This document shows positions 19,841 through 31,696 of a stretch of DNA of 58,552 nt, in pieces. This DNA comes from Anaerolineales bacterium (GTDB taxonomy: Bacteria; Chloroflexota; Anaerolineae; Anaerolineales; E44-bin32), in the NCBI GenBank assembly GCA_037379555.1, contig JARRJK010000014.1, positions 1 to 58,552 on the forward strand, in the 5' to 3' direction. The translations under genes and the position numbers were made by a program. The notes below the pieces were generated by a model. The model worked only from the letters and a program-made list of their open reading frames with translations, did not search any database and was not told the origin of the DNA. Numbering within the stretch: the first letter of the stretch is position 1; each line of letters starts with the position of its first letter.

Positions 19841-22800
19841 CGGCCACCCTCGGCCTGGCTCAGGAGCGACAGGATCGTCTGGTGATCGTAATCTTCCGCC
19901 CTTTGCCGCAGGTATTCTGCGAGTTTCGCTTCCCCCTCCTTGATCTCATCCAGGAGCATCAGGAGTCGGTCCTGATATCCGAGCAGCGCCGCCTGGCGCA
20001 AGTCAGTTCGCCACTCCTCAGGCAGAGCGGATAGCTGGGCGACGTAACCGGCCAGATCGGCCGGAGCATCATCCGCTTCCGGCCTCTCCACCTCTTCGTA
20101 GATGAACTCGACCCCCAGATGCGTTTCCAGCGCGCCAAACAGCTCGTCGTTGCGGAAGGGCTTGCGCACGTAGTCATCGCAGCCTTCGGAGAGAATGACC
20201 TGCCGCTCTTCTTCCAAGGCGCTGGCGGTCAGAGCGATGATCACCGTGGCCTGGCCTTTGGTCGTGGCTTTGATACGCCGCGTAGCTTCATAGCCATCCA
20301 TGACCGGCATGCGCATGTCCATCCAGATGACATGTGGTGACCACTCCTCCCAGGCTTTCACGGCCTGCTGGCCATCGCTGGCCTCGCGCAGCTCGAACCC
20401 GAGTGGTTCGAACAGCCGGACCAGCAGCTTTCGATTCGCGGCGTTGTCGTCCACGACGAGCATGCGATATTCCCGTTGGCCCGGGGCGAGTCCGGTGACG
20501 ATTCGCAGTGGGCTTTCATCTGCGGGTTCTACAGCCTCCGCGTGATGGACCGGAATTCGCAGGGTGAAGGTGCTCCCATTGCCGGGTTCGCTTTGCAGCG
20601 TGAGCTCTCCCCCCATGAGCCGCGCATACTGCTGGCTGATCGAGAGACCCAGGCCCGTACCTTCGGTCAGTTGCCGGCCGGCATCCGCCTGGACAAAGGG
20701 CATGAAGATCGAGGTTTGTTCTTCCAGCGCGATCCCGGGGCCGGTGTCCTCAATCTCGAAGTACAGCGTCTGGTGATCGCTCCCGAGCGGGACTTCCTCT
20801 TCCACCCCAACCCGGAGAACGATGCCTCCCTGCGCGGTGAATTTCACCGCATTGCCCAGCAGATTCATCAGGATCTGCCGCAGCTTGCCCTCATCGGCCA
20901 TGACATATTCGGGCAGCCCTTCACCAAGCTCACTGTCCAGGGTGAGCCCTTTCTGCTCAGCGCGTAATCCGAACATCTCTACGAGTCCGGTCAGCAGGCG
21001 GCGCAGGTCAAGAGGCCCCTCGCGCAGCGACTCCCGACCGGCTTCAATCTTCGACAGCTCGAGCACCTCGTTGATCAGGCCCAGCAGGTGCTCACCGCTG
21101 TGCTGGATGACTACCAGGTTCTCCCGCTGCTCCTGGGAAAGCGCAGCTTCCCGCTTCTGCTGGGCCCCGCGGATCATCAACTGGCTGAAGCCGATGATAG
21201 CGTTCAGCGGAGTCCGCAGTTCATGGCTGACATTTGCCAGGAACACGCTCTTCGCTCGATTCGCTGCTTCGGCGGCCTCCTTGGCCATGCGCAGCTCATG
21301 GGTTCGCTCGTCGACCTGGCGGGCGAGCTCCTGCCGCTGGCGCTCGATCATCCGGATCCGCAGGGCGAGCGAACCCACAACACTGCCGGCGATCACCAAT
21401 CCCACCAGGCCGATGAACCACCATGTCTGCCAGAAGGGGCGCGGGATGATGACTTCGATCGTGTCTCCAACCTCGTTCCATATACCGTCGCTATTGGAGC
21501 CGATCACGCGGAAGGTGTAGGTCCCGGGTGGGATCCCCGTGTAGCTGGCGAAGCGGCGGTTTCCGACCTCGTTCCAACCACGATCAAAGCCCTCCATCTG
21601 GTATGCGTACTCGAGCTTTTCTGGTGACGAGTAGTGCAAGGCGGCATATTCGAAGGTCAGGAAATCATCGCCGTAGGAAAGTTGAAGTCGATCGGATTCC
21701 GGAACCGCCTGAGCCAGCTTGCCGTCAACGCCGATCTGCAGCGGCTGGTTGAAGAGCAGGATGTCGGTGATCACGACCGGTGGCACGAAGGGATTGTCGG
21801 CAATATCCTGCGGCTGGAAGACGTTGAAACCATTGATCCCGCCGAAGTAGAGCTCGCCGCCCGGGCCACGGAACACCGAACTCTGATTGAACTCGATATC
21901 CTGCAACCCGTCCGTAGGATCATAATTTCTAAAGCGCTCCTCGGAGGGGTCGAAGCGCGAAAGGCCCCGATTGCTCGTCACCCATAACATGCCTTGATCG
22001 TCTTCGATGATGCTGTAGATCGTTTCGTTCGGCAGGCCGTCCCTCGCCCCGTAGGTGCGAAATGCACCGGTGGATTCATCAAGCCTGGACAATCCGGCCG
22101 TACTCGCAACCCATAGCGTGCCCTGACGATCTCGATACAGGTAGAGGATCGTGTTCTCGGGAAGCGAATCCGGATCGTCGGGCTGACTTAGAAAGTGTGT
22201 GGAGACTCCCGTCGCCGGATTGAAACGGTTCAAACCCGCCGTGAAAGTACCGACCCAGAGCGTGCCGTCCGGATCCTCGACCAGCGCTGTAACAAAATTT
22301 CCGGACAGGCTGGTAGAGTCCTCCGGCTGATTGACGTAGGTCTGGAGAGCCCCGGTCGAGCGGTCCATCTTGCTCAGACCACCACCGATCGTACCCAGCC
22401 AAAATTGCCCATCACCCGTTTCCAGCATTACAAAAACCGGCGGGATATTGAAGCGGGTGAAGGTTCCCGATGAGCGATTCAGCCGATCGAGGCCGGCACT
22501 GGTACCGATCCAGAGTTCGCCGTTCGAAGACTCAAAGATCCTCCACACCTGGTTGCTGCTGAGCGACTGCGGATCGGCGGGGTCATTCATGAAATGCTCG
22601 AAACCCCGCGCGCCGGCATATGCAACGTTCAATCCACCGGTGTTTGTCGCAAGCCACAAGTTCTGTTCTGAATCGACAAGAATCGACCACACACACCCAT
22701 CATTCAAACCCATCGGGTCAGAAGGATCCCCCGTGATGTTCAGGAATTTCGCTTTCCATCGATCGTAGCGATCGACACCCCCGCCGAAGGTGCCGAACCA

Positions 22801-23934
22801 GAGAATGCCAGAAGCATCCTGGTACACCGTGACGACGTTGTCGTTGGCCAGGCTCTTCTGATCGAGTGCGTCGTGACGGAAATGGATGAAATGGTTTGAG
22901 CCAGGCGTCAATCGGCTGAGTCCGTCGGATGCCGTTCCGAGCCAGAGCGTTCCGCTATCGTCTTCGAAGGCCGCGTTGATGTTGCTCGGTGGGAGGCTGT
23001 TGGGGTCGGTCGGATCACTGATGAAATGGGAGATGTCACCTGACCCGAGATCCAGGCGGTTAAGACCGGCGGTCGTCGCCGCCCAGAGCACATTCCCCTC
23101 GCCAAGCGCGATCGAATTGACGGTCGTTCCGAGCAAGCTGTTCGGATCCGATGGATCGGGCGCGAAGTGCTCGAACGATCCGCTGCGCGGATCAAGCCGG
23201 TCGAGGCCCGCCGTCGTTGCAATCCACAAATATCCCTGATGATCCAGCACGAGATCATTAATGATGTTTCCAGTGAGCGATTCGGGATCCGATGGGTCGT
23301 TCTGGAATCGCAGGACCGCGCCGCTCTCCACATCCAGCCGGTTGAGGCCTGCTCCGGTTCCAACCCAGAGAAATCCTGTGGAGTCAGCAGCCAGTGCCGT
23401 GATTGGATTGGCGGTAAGAGAAGTGGGATCCTGCGGATCGCTCAGGAAATGAGTAAAGGTCTCAGTAGACCGGTCGTAGCGGTCCAGTCCCGCGGTGGTT
23501 CCAACCCAAAGCGCACCCTGGTGGTCAATTGCCAGCACCGTGATCAGGTTATGGATCAGACTCTGCGGATCACCGGGCGCATGCCGGAAGATCCGGAAGT
23601 TATACCCGTCGAAGCGGTTCAAACCATCCTGCGTCCCCAGCCAGAGAAAACCGCGTCCATCCTGGACGATGTCGCCAACGACGCTCTGCGAGAGGCCGTC
23701 TTCAAGCGAAAGGTGGTCGAAGCTGATTGGATTGCGGATCTGCTCCGGAAAATTCCGCAGCCAGGCGGGCAGCTGCCAGCTGGTGAGATCGGGGGGCCGC
23801 TCCTGGAATGTGGGCTTGACAGAAGGCTCGGGGGACGGAGTTCCGCCGGCGCATCCCGCGCCAAAGACTGCCAGAAGGGTGAAAAGAACGAGGGGGTGAA
23901 GGATGGTGTGTAAACCTGACACACGGCGCATCAT
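19837..23934 (-). CDS. Hybrid sensor histidine kinase with Reg_prop beta-propellers, Y_Y_Y, TM, HisKA, HATPase and REC domains
   Basis: Repeated D..G.LW.GT..GL blades; YTF.V.GSN.DG.WN; [11 protein letters not shown]; N, G1 and G2 boxes; [11 protein letters not shown]. Confidence 0.9.
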   Translation of the reverse strand: MMRRVSGLHTILHPLVLFTLLAVFGAGCAGGTPSPEPSVKPTFQERPPDLTSWQLPAWLRNFPEQIRNPISFDHLSLEDGLSQSVVGDIVQDGRGFLWLGTQDGLNRFDGYNFRIFRHAPGDPQSLIHNLITVLAIDHQGALWVGTTAGLDRYDRSTETFTHFLSDPQDPTSLTANPITALAADSTGFLWVGTGAGLNRLDVESGAVLRFQNDPSDPESLTGNIINDLVLDHQGYLWIATTAGLDRLDPRSGSFEHFAPDPSDPNSLLGTTVNSIALGEGNVLWAATTAGLNRLDLGSGDISHFISDPTDPNSLPPSNINAAFEDDSGTLWLGTASDGLSRLTPGSNHFIHFRHDALDQKSLANDNVVTVYQDASGILWFGTFGGGVDRYDRWKAKFLNITGDPSDPMGLNDGCVWSILVDSEQNLWLATNTGGLNVAYAGARGFEHFMNDPADPQSLSSNQVWRIFESSNGELWIGTSAGLDRLNRSSGTFTRFNIPPVFVMLETGDGQFWLGTIGGGLSKMDRSTGALQTYVNQPEDSTSLSGNFVTALVEDPDGTLWVGTFTAGLNRFNPATGVSTHFLSQPDDPDSLPENTILYLYRDRQGTLWVASTAGLSRLDESTGAFRTYGARDGLPNETIYSIIEDDQGMLWVTSNRGLSRFDPSEERFRNYDPTDGLQDIEFNQSSVFRGPGGELYFGGINGFNVFQPQDIADNPFVPPVVITDILLFNQPLQIGVDGKLAQAVPESDRLQLSYGDDFLTFEYAALHYSSPEKLEYAYQMEGFDRGWNEVGNRRFASYTGIPPGTYTFRVIGSNSDGIWNEVGDTIEVIIPRPFWQTWWFIGLVGLVIAGSVVGSLALRIRMIERQRQELARQVDERTHELRMAKEAAEAANRAKSVFLANVSHELRTPLNAIIGFSQLMIRGAQQKREAALSQEQRENLVVIQHSGEHLLGLINEVLELSKIEAGRESLREGPLDLRRLLTGLVEMFGLRAEQKGLTLDSELGEGLPEYVMADEGKLRQILMNLLGNAVKFTAQGGIVLRVGVEEEVPLGSDHQTLYFEIEDTGPGIALEEQTSIFMPFVQADAGRQLTEGTGLGLSISQQYARLMGGELTLQSEPGNGSTFTLRIPVHHAEAVEPADESPLRIVTGLAPGQREYRMLVVDDNAANRKLLVRLFEPLGFELREASDGQQAVKAWEEWSPHVIWMDMRMPVMDGYEATRRIKATTKGQATVIIALTASALEEERQVILSEGCDDYVRKPFRNDELFGALETHLGVEFIYEEVERPEADDAPADLAGYVAQLSALPEEWRTDLRQAALLGYQDRLLMLLDEIKEGEAKLAEYLRQRAEDYDHQTILSLLSQAEGGR

Positions 23935-24332
23935 TGGGTCTCTGCCCTCCGTCGCGGACTCCGATTATGGCATAGGACGAAAGCGGGAACAATCAGACCG
24001 CTGTCGGTCACTGTACAATCTCATCAACTCTTCCGGGATGCTTTGATCTCCTCGCTGCCGCCGCTGAGGCAACCCACGCGCATGGACGGCGCGTTCGTTC
24101 CGATACTGGCCTCACCAGCGGGATCAGGGGCTTCCAGGCTCTGAACAGCTTCCTAGCCTCGGCCCTAGATGTTCCTCTGACTTGCACAGGGGTTTCATTC
24201 CCTTCACAATTGTCCTTGACGAGTTTCCTATGTCACATAGTGCAGGAAAGGCCGTTATCTTGAATAGACCCCAGTGTGGAACTCGACATCGTTCCAGACT
24301 GAGTAATGATGGATAGCGCATCGGAGGATCAT

Positions 24333-25958
24333 ATGTCCCGCCGCCCGGTAATGCTTCTCACCGCTGTCGTCTTGCTTTCATCGCTGGCCGCCTGCGGCGC
24401 TCCCACGAGCCCAGCCCAGGCGACCGAACCACTGGCCAGCGAACCACCGCCCCCTGCGGCTACGACGATCTTGCCAACCGAACCAGTTGAACGTGTCCAG
24501 CTCGATCCGTGCACGCTGCTCAGCGCGGCTGAAGTTGAGCCCATCCTGGGCGGTCCGGTGGAAGCACAACCAGCCATCGGCACCGGCGGCTGTTCGTACG
24601 TCTTGAGCTCGGGCGACATGGCCGGGATGGTTCAGCTGGCGCTGACAGCCGCGCAGGGCGAGGAAGCGAAAACGCTCACGCTGCTGGGCATCGGCTTTCT
24701 GGCCGGCTTCAGCGGCGATCCCAACATCAGTGCCGAGTTCGAAGCTCTCAACGACGAACTGCCCGAACTCTCGCTGCTCGAGCTTGTGAACCGCCTGGCC
24801 GACCTGTTCCAGGGCACGGGCGTTGACGTCACCCGCATCGAAGAACCGTATGGGGACGGCGTGTGGCTGCTTTACCAGACGGAAGCCTACGCTCAGGGGA
24901 CTCTAATTCTCGTGCGGGGCAACGAGTATGTCTCGCTGACGCAGATCGGCGGTGACATGACCAGCGCGGCTGAACGACTCGGCGGATTGGGCGACCTCGT
25001 CTTCGAGCGTCTGCCGGCGAATTTCTACCTGCTCGACGAGGACGGCGACGGATCGTTCAGCATCGAATTGGGGGGAGAAGAGCAAGAGGCCAACGAAGGA
25101 CCAACAGCCACCGCGAAACCCACCGAGGCTGTCAGCGGATTGGTATGGGTCAGCGCCTCCAACGCGGGCCAAGTCTACGCTATCGATCCGAATTCGAATG
25201 ATCTCATCGCCACGATCGATGTCGGGCGCTTCCCAGGCGACATCGCTGTTTCCGCAGGCAGAGTGTGGGTCGTGAGTGAGACCGAGGGCACGGTTTGGCG
25301 GATCGATCCTGAGACCTTGTCCGTGGTGGAGACAATCCGCATGAACGGCAACACGCTCAATATCGACGCGAGCGCGGAAGCACTCTGGGTAGCCGGAGGG
25401 CTGGGTGTGAGCCTGGTGGATCTGAATACGGGTTCACGCTACGGGGTTGTGACCAACCGCTGCTATGACATCACCATCGGCGGGGGCTCGGTCTGGGTCA
25501 GCCAGACCCAGGATCAGCAACTGCTCCAGATCGATCCGGTCAGCAGGCGAGTAGTGGCTACGATTAAACTCGAGGGCCAACCTGTCGGGATCCTCTTCGC
25601 CCACGGATACCTGTGGACGGTGCTCTCCGACCCCAAGGAATTGCTCGTGATTGACCCCTCCAGTGGAGACGTCGTGCACACGGAGACATACCGCTACATT
25701 GTTCACGCTATGACGGCAGGACCCGACCGCGTGTGGTACACAGGGCCCACGGCCCTGTACAGCATCGAGCCGGATTCCTGGTTGGGCGATGCCTTCGCAG
25801 CTGCCAGCCCTCCGGGCGGGATCAGCTACTACGCCGGCAGCCTATGGGCGACGAGCCCCAACGAGGGCTCCATCACGCGCTACGACCCCCAAACCGGTGA
25901 GATCCAGGCTGTGATCGACCTCGCGACCGACCCGGGTGGGATCGCCGCCGGGGAGTGA
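24333..25958 (+). CDS. Lipoprotein with N-terminal DPC.LL (DUF3558-like) domain and C-terminal YncE/YVTN-like beta-propeller
   Basis: GGAGG SD, lipobox LAAC, DPCTLLSAAEV, repeats of VWV...G.V.RIDP....V..I. Confidence 0.7.
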   Translation: MSRRPVMLLTAVVLLSSLAACGAPTSPAQATEPLASEPPPPAATTILPTEPVERVQLDPCTLLSAAEVEPILGGPVEAQPAIGTGGCSYVLSSGDMAGMVQLALTAAQGEEAKTLTLLGIGFLAGFSGDPNISAEFEALNDELPELSLLELVNRLADLFQGTGVDVTRIEEPYGDGVWLLYQTEAYAQGTLILVRGNEYVSLTQIGGDMTSAAERLGGLGDLVFERLPANFYLLDEDGDGSFSIELGGEEQEANEGPTATAKPTEAVSGLVWVSASNAGQVYAIDPNSNDLIATIDVGRFPGDIAVSAGRVWVVSETEGTVWRIDPETLSVVETIRMNGNTLNIDASAEALWVAGGLGVSLVDLNTGSRYGVVTNRCYDITIGGGSVWVSQTQDQQLLQIDPVSRRVVATIKLEGQPVGILFAHGYLWTVLSDPKELLVIDPSSGDVVHTETYRYIVHAMTAGPDRVWYTGPTALYSIEPDSWLGDAFAAASPPGGISYYAGSLWATSPNEGSITRYDPQTGEIQAVIDLATDPGGIAAGE

Positions 25959-25959
25959 T

Positions 25960-26893
25960 GGGGGAAGCCGGATCGGTCTCTTCCTGCGCCTCCTCGGCCA
26001 ACCCGCGGATGACCGCCAGCGGCGTCTTGACGTCGTGGACAATGCCCACGGCTCCGACCCGGGATGAACGAACGATCATTGGCGCATAATGGATCTGATA
26101 ATCACGGGCGTGGAAGTCGAATTTACGGATATCAAGCGGGTCGGGCAAGCAAGCTTCCTCCCGAGTCAGGCGCAATGCGCTCAGGACTTCCACCCCGCCG
26201 GCAGTGTAGTTTGTATCACCTCCTCATCCTGATTCAACCGGACAAGATCGGCCAGGATCAGCCGCTTGATGTCAGCCAGGATCTCTTCCACCCGGCTGCC
26301 GACCATCAGCACGCCAGTGATGTCTTGGTCGAGCATAACCGGGGCCGAAGTCACCAGGCAGTAGCCATAGGAGGTCTCGGTGATCCCCGCGTACTTGTCG
26401 CCGATCCCATCGCTGGCCTGCTGCAGCGTGCTCGTGATGAGTTCGAACTGGGAGAGGTCGCTGCCCTGAGCGGATGAGTGCTGCTGCTCTCCCGGCTCTC
26501 GGATCAGGCTGAACAGCTCGGTTCCTGAATCATCTGTTGCTGTGACAAGCTCGAACCCTGGTTGACCGCGACAGGGTGCAGAAGGGTTTGAGGACCTTCG
26601 CGGTCACGCACTCGCACCGCATCTGGCACGCCCTGGGTGAATGTCATCAGGCGGAGCCTGTCAAGCTGAACCTGCTCTTGAAGCACCAAGCTATCGGCTA
26701 ACGCCCGGCGGCCTCCAGGAGCTGGTGAACGAAGCGCTCCCGCAGGCTTGAAGTTACCAGACGTGTAACGATGAACATGCCGGTCAGCGAGAGAATGAGC
26801 GTCAATTTCAAGTAGGGTCCAATCAGCCTGACGCGCGATCCGCTGAGACGTGTTCGCCAGCCGTCGCCAGACTGTGTTTGACCTCGATTCCAT
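25960..26893 (-). pseudogene. Degraded membrane sensor histidine kinase (Cache-like sensor plus HisKA remnant)
   Basis: Fragments in shifting frames: LIGPYLKLTLILSLTGMFIVTRLVTSSLRERF; LRLMTFTQGVPDAV; GDKYAGI..SAPV..GVLMVG; H-box HDVKTPLAVIRGLAE. Stops and frameshifts present; no ATPase domain. Confidence 0.65.
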
Positions 26894-26906
26894 CGAGATT
26901 CATGCC

Positions 26907-27062
26907 CTACGTGAATGTGCCATCCGAGTTGGAATGGAAGAGCGGCTGGACGTCCCTACCCTTAGCATCGATCCTTACCTTCTCGGCTTTTTCGGGCGGA
27001 CCGGGCGCCAGGACGGCAAGTGCGATGAGGAGTGCTCCGAAGATGAGAAACGCTTTCTTCAC
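26907..27062 (-). CDS. Small secreted/membrane peptide, 51 aa (below the ORF track cutoff)
   Basis: AAGGAGG SD and GTG start; MKKAFLIFGALLIALAVLAPG reads like a signal peptide. Could be a truncated remnant. Confidence 0.45.
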   Translation of the reverse strand: MKKAFLIFGALLIALAVLAPGPPEKAEKVRIDAKGRDVQPLFHSNSDGTFT

Positions 27063-27262
27063 GACTGCCTCCTTGATTCCTGAAGCAGGAACGCCACAAA
27101 TCCATCACACATCGATTTAAGGCCAAATCGAACTCATGCCCATTGAGGGCATTACAGAAAATACAGGATCTGTTGGGTTTTGAGATGCCCTGCTCCATCT
27201 CATATTGTAGAATGGCCATAAGTTCAACCCTGACGAACTGAGCCAAAGTCCATGGTGTGTGG

Positions 27263-29868
27263 ATGGGACGGAATCCCGAACAGCCCTCCCAAAATGAACC
27301 GCTGCTGCGCACGAAGATCTTCGTTCCGGCGGCACGGAAGGATGTCATCCAGCGCCCGCGTTTGATCGAAACCCTGCAATCCAACCTGCTGCAGCAGGAC
27401 TCCTTCACACGCAAACTGACCCTGATATCCGCTCCCGCCGGCTACGGCAAGACGACCCTCACCAGCCAGTGGCTCGGGGAAGCAGGCCTTCCGTCGGCCT
27501 GGCTTTCGCTCGAAGCCGGCGAGAACGATGCCTCCCGCTTTCTCACCTACCTCCTCGCTGCCGTTCAGCGCTTATCGCCGCAGCTCGGTGCATCAATCCG
27601 GGGGATGCTCATGGCACCGCAGCGCCCGCCAACGGAGATCCTACTCACACCGCTGATCAACGAACTGGCTGCCCTCGAAGAGGCCATGTTGATCGTCCTC
27701 GACGACTACCACGTCATCCACGGTCAACCGGTGCACGAGATCCTGAACTTCCTCGTCGATCACCTGCCGCCGAATGTCCACCTGGTCATCTTGTCCAGAG
27801 AAGATCCCCCGCTCCCGCTGCACCGCTTGAACGCCCGGCGCCAGATGCTCGGTCTCCGTCAGGCCGAGTTGAGCTTCAGTGCCGAGGAGGCGGTCGACTT
27901 CTTCCAGCGGATCTCCGGGCTCGAGGTCACACCTGACCAGGCCGCTCGCCTGACTCGCCGCACGGAAGGATGGGTGACCGGCCTGCAGCTGGCCGCGCTG
28001 TCGATGAGAACCGCCCTCGACCAGGAAGCATTCATCGCCTCCTTTACCGGCAGCAATCGCTTCGTCCTCGACTACCTGTTCGAAGAGGTCTTCAACATCC
28101 AGCCAAAGGAGATCAGGTCCTTCCTGCTCCAGACGGCGGTCCTCGAGCGGGTATGCGCAGGCCTGGCCGACGCCGTGACGGGAGGCGAGGGATCTCAGGC
28201 ACTGCTCGAGGAGTTGGAGCACGCCAATTTCTTCATCGTCCCGCTCGACCAGTCGCGCCAGTGGTACCGCTACCACCGCCTGTTTGCTGACCTGCTGCGC
28301 CACCGCCTCGGACAGAGCTCCCTTGATGTGAAGAAGCTTCATGAGCTTGCTGGCCGCTGGTACGCGCAGCACGGCTACCTGGAAGAGGCGATCGAACACG
28401 CACTTCAAGGAGAGCATTGGGAGCCGGCATGCCGATGGATCGCCGAGGTAGGCGATAAATGCCTGCGGCGGGGCGAGATCTCCACCTTGCTGGGCTGGTG
28501 CCGCTGACCTTCATCTGGGCCTTGATCCTGGCGGGTCAGCTTGATTCTGCCGACCGTTTGCTCGAGCAGTTCAAAACTGACACTCACGACGAAACCGCCA
28601 GGGTCCAGGGTGAGATCGCAGCAGCCGAGGCGTACCTCAGCCGCAGCCGCGGCGATGTGCAGAAAACGATTGAGCGGTCCAAGACGGCTCTGTCCTTGAT
28701 CCCGGAGGACGATCGCGTGAACCGCGGCAACATTGCGCTAAATCTCGGCTTGACCACCTGGCACCTTGGCCGGTTGGATGAGACGCAAAGTGCGCTGGAA
28801 GAAGCGCTCGAGGATACACGCGCTACAAGGAACCATTATGGCCACCAGACGGCGCTGCTATTCATGGCGCGTACTCTCGGCGCACGCGGCCAGCTCGCCG
28901 AGGCGCATGACTACCTGGAACAAGCACTGACCATCGGGGAGCATGTTCCCACCGCCGTCCTCGTCCACACCGACCTCGCCGCGCTCGCCTTTGAGCGGAA
29001 CCGGGTTGACTGCGCGTGGGATCATCTCGACCGGGCTGAAGCGACTGCCGAGGCCACGCACAGCACCGAGTTCCGGACAGCTTGCGCTGTGCAGCGAGCG
29101 CTGTTCCACCTTGGATTGGGGCATGCAGCGGCGGCCGCACGAGCCCTCGAGCCTGCGCTGGCCATCCTTCATGAGCAGGACTTCGCTCCCACAACCCAGG
29201 CACGCATCGCTGCCTGTCAGGCACAAATCGCCCTCGTCGCCGGGGATTTGGATCAGGTGCAGACCATCCTCGAGGCCATCCCTCTTCCCCACGATGCACA
29301 GACGTTCTTCCGGTTCATCGATTTGAATCGAGCCAGGCTTCTCCGAGCGCGGGGAGAGTTGGAACAGGCGCTCCGGGCACTTTCAGCAGTCGCAAAACAG
29401 GCTGGTGAAGCTGGCTGGGGCTATGCGTCGCACGCGATCCGACTGCTGCAGGCACTATCGTCGCAGGATATCGACTACGCCATAGACTGCCTGAAGCCCT
29501 CGCTGCAGCAGGCCGAAGATGCTGGCTTTCTGCGGATTTTCCTCAGTGAAGGTGATGACATCCTCGATACGCTAAAGGAGGCGGCCCGGCGTGGTATCGC
29601 GCCCGAATATGTCGGTCGGATTCTCGCGGCTCATGCGGTGGCTGATGGGAAATCCGCCGGTTCAGAGAAGCTCATCGAACCCCTCTCCGACCGTGAACTC
29701 GAGGTGCTGCGCCTGGTCGCTGCCGGCCTTACCAACCGTGAGATCGCCGAGCAGCTGGTCGTGAGTCTCGGCACCGCCAAAGCACATATCCACCACATCT
29801 TCGGCAAGCTCGGCGTCAACAGCCGTACGCAGGCCGCTTCCCGTGCACATGATCTCGGCCTGGTTTAG
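27263..29868 (+). pseudogene. MalT-like LuxR (AAA-TPR-HTH) regulator, frameshifted near 28500
   Basis: 5' part has LLRTK..P, APAGYGKTT, LDDYH, TEGW, WYRYHRLF and ends at TGA 28507. The 3' frame resumes LTFIWALIL and ends with a LuxR HTH (EPLSDRELEVL...KLGVNSRTQA). Confidence 0.8.
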
Positions 29869-29890
29869 CCTCCCCTAAGTCTTCATCGAG

Positions 29891-29959
29891 TAAACCTCCT
29901 TTTAAACCCCCAAAATCAGCCGTTCGGTCGATGACGCTCGCCCAATTTGCCGCTATCGT
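29891..29959 (+). promoter_or_regulatory. Candidate activator-dependent promoter of the ABC-2 operon
   Basis: Direct repeats TAAACCTCC (29891) and TAAACCCCC (29903), then ATGACG-17 bp-TATCGT. Confidence 0.45.
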
Positions 29960-30007
29960 TATCACGATATGGGATCGCCGAAATTCATCCATGCAAAGGA
30001 GAGACCA

Positions 30008-30589
30008 ATGGACAAGGGAAAAATCGCCGCCGGTATCATTTGCCTGGTAGTAGCCGGCCTGCTAGCCGTCATCAACCTCCGGCTCCCCGCCGAGGATTTG
30101 ATGTTCATGGTTGGGGATGTGAACATGCCGTGGGCGCCGCCCATCGTATTGGGCGTGATAGGGGTCGTCTTCCTGGCATCCGCGGCTGTCGGAAAGCCGC
30201 AGGAGCCGCAAGCCCCACGTTCGGAACCCGTGATCGATACGGATAAGGCTGCGCTCAACAAACGCCTCGAAACGATAGCCTGGGGGTGCTTCCTGATCCT
30301 GGTCGGGGGTTTCATGTTCGTTCCCGAGGAGATCGTGCGGGGCGGCTGGTGGTCGATCGGGGTCGGCACGATCTTGCTGGGGCTGAACGCGGCCCGCTAC
30401 CTCAATCGTCTGAAGATGAGCGGCTTTACCACCTTTTTGGGTGTGCTTTCCGTTATCGGGGGCGCACTCGACCTGGTGAGTCCGGCCGACCTCGACGGAG
30501 CCGTACTCTTGATCGTGCTCGGCTCCTACCTGCTCATCAAGCCCTACCTCGAGAAGCGTCCGTTGTTCGGGAAGGCGGAGGAAGCCTGA
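30008..30589 (+). CDS. Hypothetical integral membrane protein (about 6 TM)
   Basis: AAAGGAG SD; hydrophobic segments; WG.FLI..G and ILLGLNAARY. Confidence 0.75.
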   Translation: MDKGKIAAGIICLVVAGLLAVINLRLPAEDLMFMVGDVNMPWAPPIVLGVIGVVFLASAAVGKPQEPQAPRSEPVIDTDKAALNKRLETIAWGCFLILVGGFMFVPEEIVRGGWWSIGVGTILLGLNAARYLNRLKMSGFTTFLGVLSVIGGALDLVSPADLDGAVLLIVLGSYLLIKPYLEKRPLFGKAEEA

Positions 30590-30681
30590 TCGCATTAGAT
30601 CAAAACCGGGGCGCTTTACAGACCGTCTCTTGAGGGGTTCCAGCACAACCCTCAAGGCTCGAGACTCGAAAGGAAAATACC

Positions 30682-31692
30682 ATGCCCGCTGTCCTTGAAG
30701 TCGAAAAGCTGGTGAAGAAGTACGGTGACTTCGAAGCCGTGAAAGGCATCAGCTTCGAAGTCCAGGAAGGAGAGGTGTTCGGCCTGCTCGGCCCGAACGG
30801 CGCCGGCAAGACTCAGACGATCTCGATGCTCACCGGCGTGATCGCCCCGACTGCCGGCACTGCCCGCATCGGCGGACACGACATCCATGATGAGATGAGC
30901 ACGGTCAAGAAGCTGAACGGGCTTGTACCGCAGGACCTGGCGCTCTATCCAACCCTCAGCGCCCGCTCGAATCTCGAGTTCTTCGGGCGCATCTACGGCC
31001 TGAGCGGCCGTGAACTGAAGGAGCGCGTGGCGGATGTCCTGCGTATCGTCGCGCTCAGCGAGCGCGCCGATCAAGCCGTCGAGACCTTCTCGGGCGGCAT
31101 GAAACGCCGGGCGAATATCGCCGCCGGGCTTTTGCACCAGCCGCGGCTTCTTTTCCTCGACGAGCCCACTGTGGGTGTGGATCCACAGAGCCGCAACCAT
31201 ATCTTCGAGAGCGTGATGCGCCTGAACCGGGAGCGCGGCATGAGCATCGTTTACACCAGCCACTATATGGAGGAAGTCGAATTGCTGTGCAACCGGGTGG
31301 CGATCATCGACGAAGGGCGCATTATCGCCATGGACACGATCAAGAATCTGATCGCGCTGCTCGGCGGCGGGATCATCCACATCGGGCTTGAGCATGTCAA
31401 TGAAACACTCGTGCGACAGCTGTCAGCCCTGCCCGGCGTCGAAAGCGCCGAGATTACCGCCCCGGCCGTCCCACCGCCCCCGGCCGGCGAGGGTGATCTG
31501 GAGCTGGCCGAGCGCGAGCCGGTGACTGCCGAACCTGTGATCAAGTTGGTCGCAAAAAACTCTCAGCAGGCGATCGTGAACGTAATCAACTTCCTCAATG
31601 ATGAGAATCTTACCCTCACCTCGCTCAAGATCCTCGAGCCGAATCTTGAGAGCGTTTTCCTGCACCTGACCGGCAAGAAGCTGAGGGAGTAG
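30682..31692 (+). CDS. ABC-2 exporter ATP-binding protein (DrrA-like)
   Basis: GPNGAGKT, FSGGMKRR, LDEPTVGVD, C-terminal LESVFLHLTG. Confidence 0.9.
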   Translation: MPAVLEVEKLVKKYGDFEAVKGISFEVQEGEVFGLLGPNGAGKTQTISMLTGVIAPTAGTARIGGHDIHDEMSTVKKLNGLVPQDLALYPTLSARSNLEFFGRIYGLSGRELKERVADVLRIVALSERADQAVETFSGGMKRRANIAAGLLHQPRLLFLDEPTVGVDPQSRNHIFESVMRLNRERGMSIVYTSHYMEEVELLCNRVAIIDEGRIIAMDTIKNLIALLGGGIIHIGLEHVNETLVRQLSALPGVESAEITAPAVPPPPAGEGDLELAEREPVTAEPVIKLVAKNSQQAIVNVINFLNDENLTLTSLKILEPNLESVFLHLTGKKLRE

Positions 31693-31696
31693 CATC

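Noticed and set aside
21960-23700. Recurrent ~150-nt similarity in the kinase gene
   Set aside because: Explained by Reg_prop beta-propeller blades.
28459-28507. Programmed ribosomal frameshift in the MalT-like gene
   Set aside because: No slippery heptamer at the junction, and residues appear to be missing, which favours a deletion.
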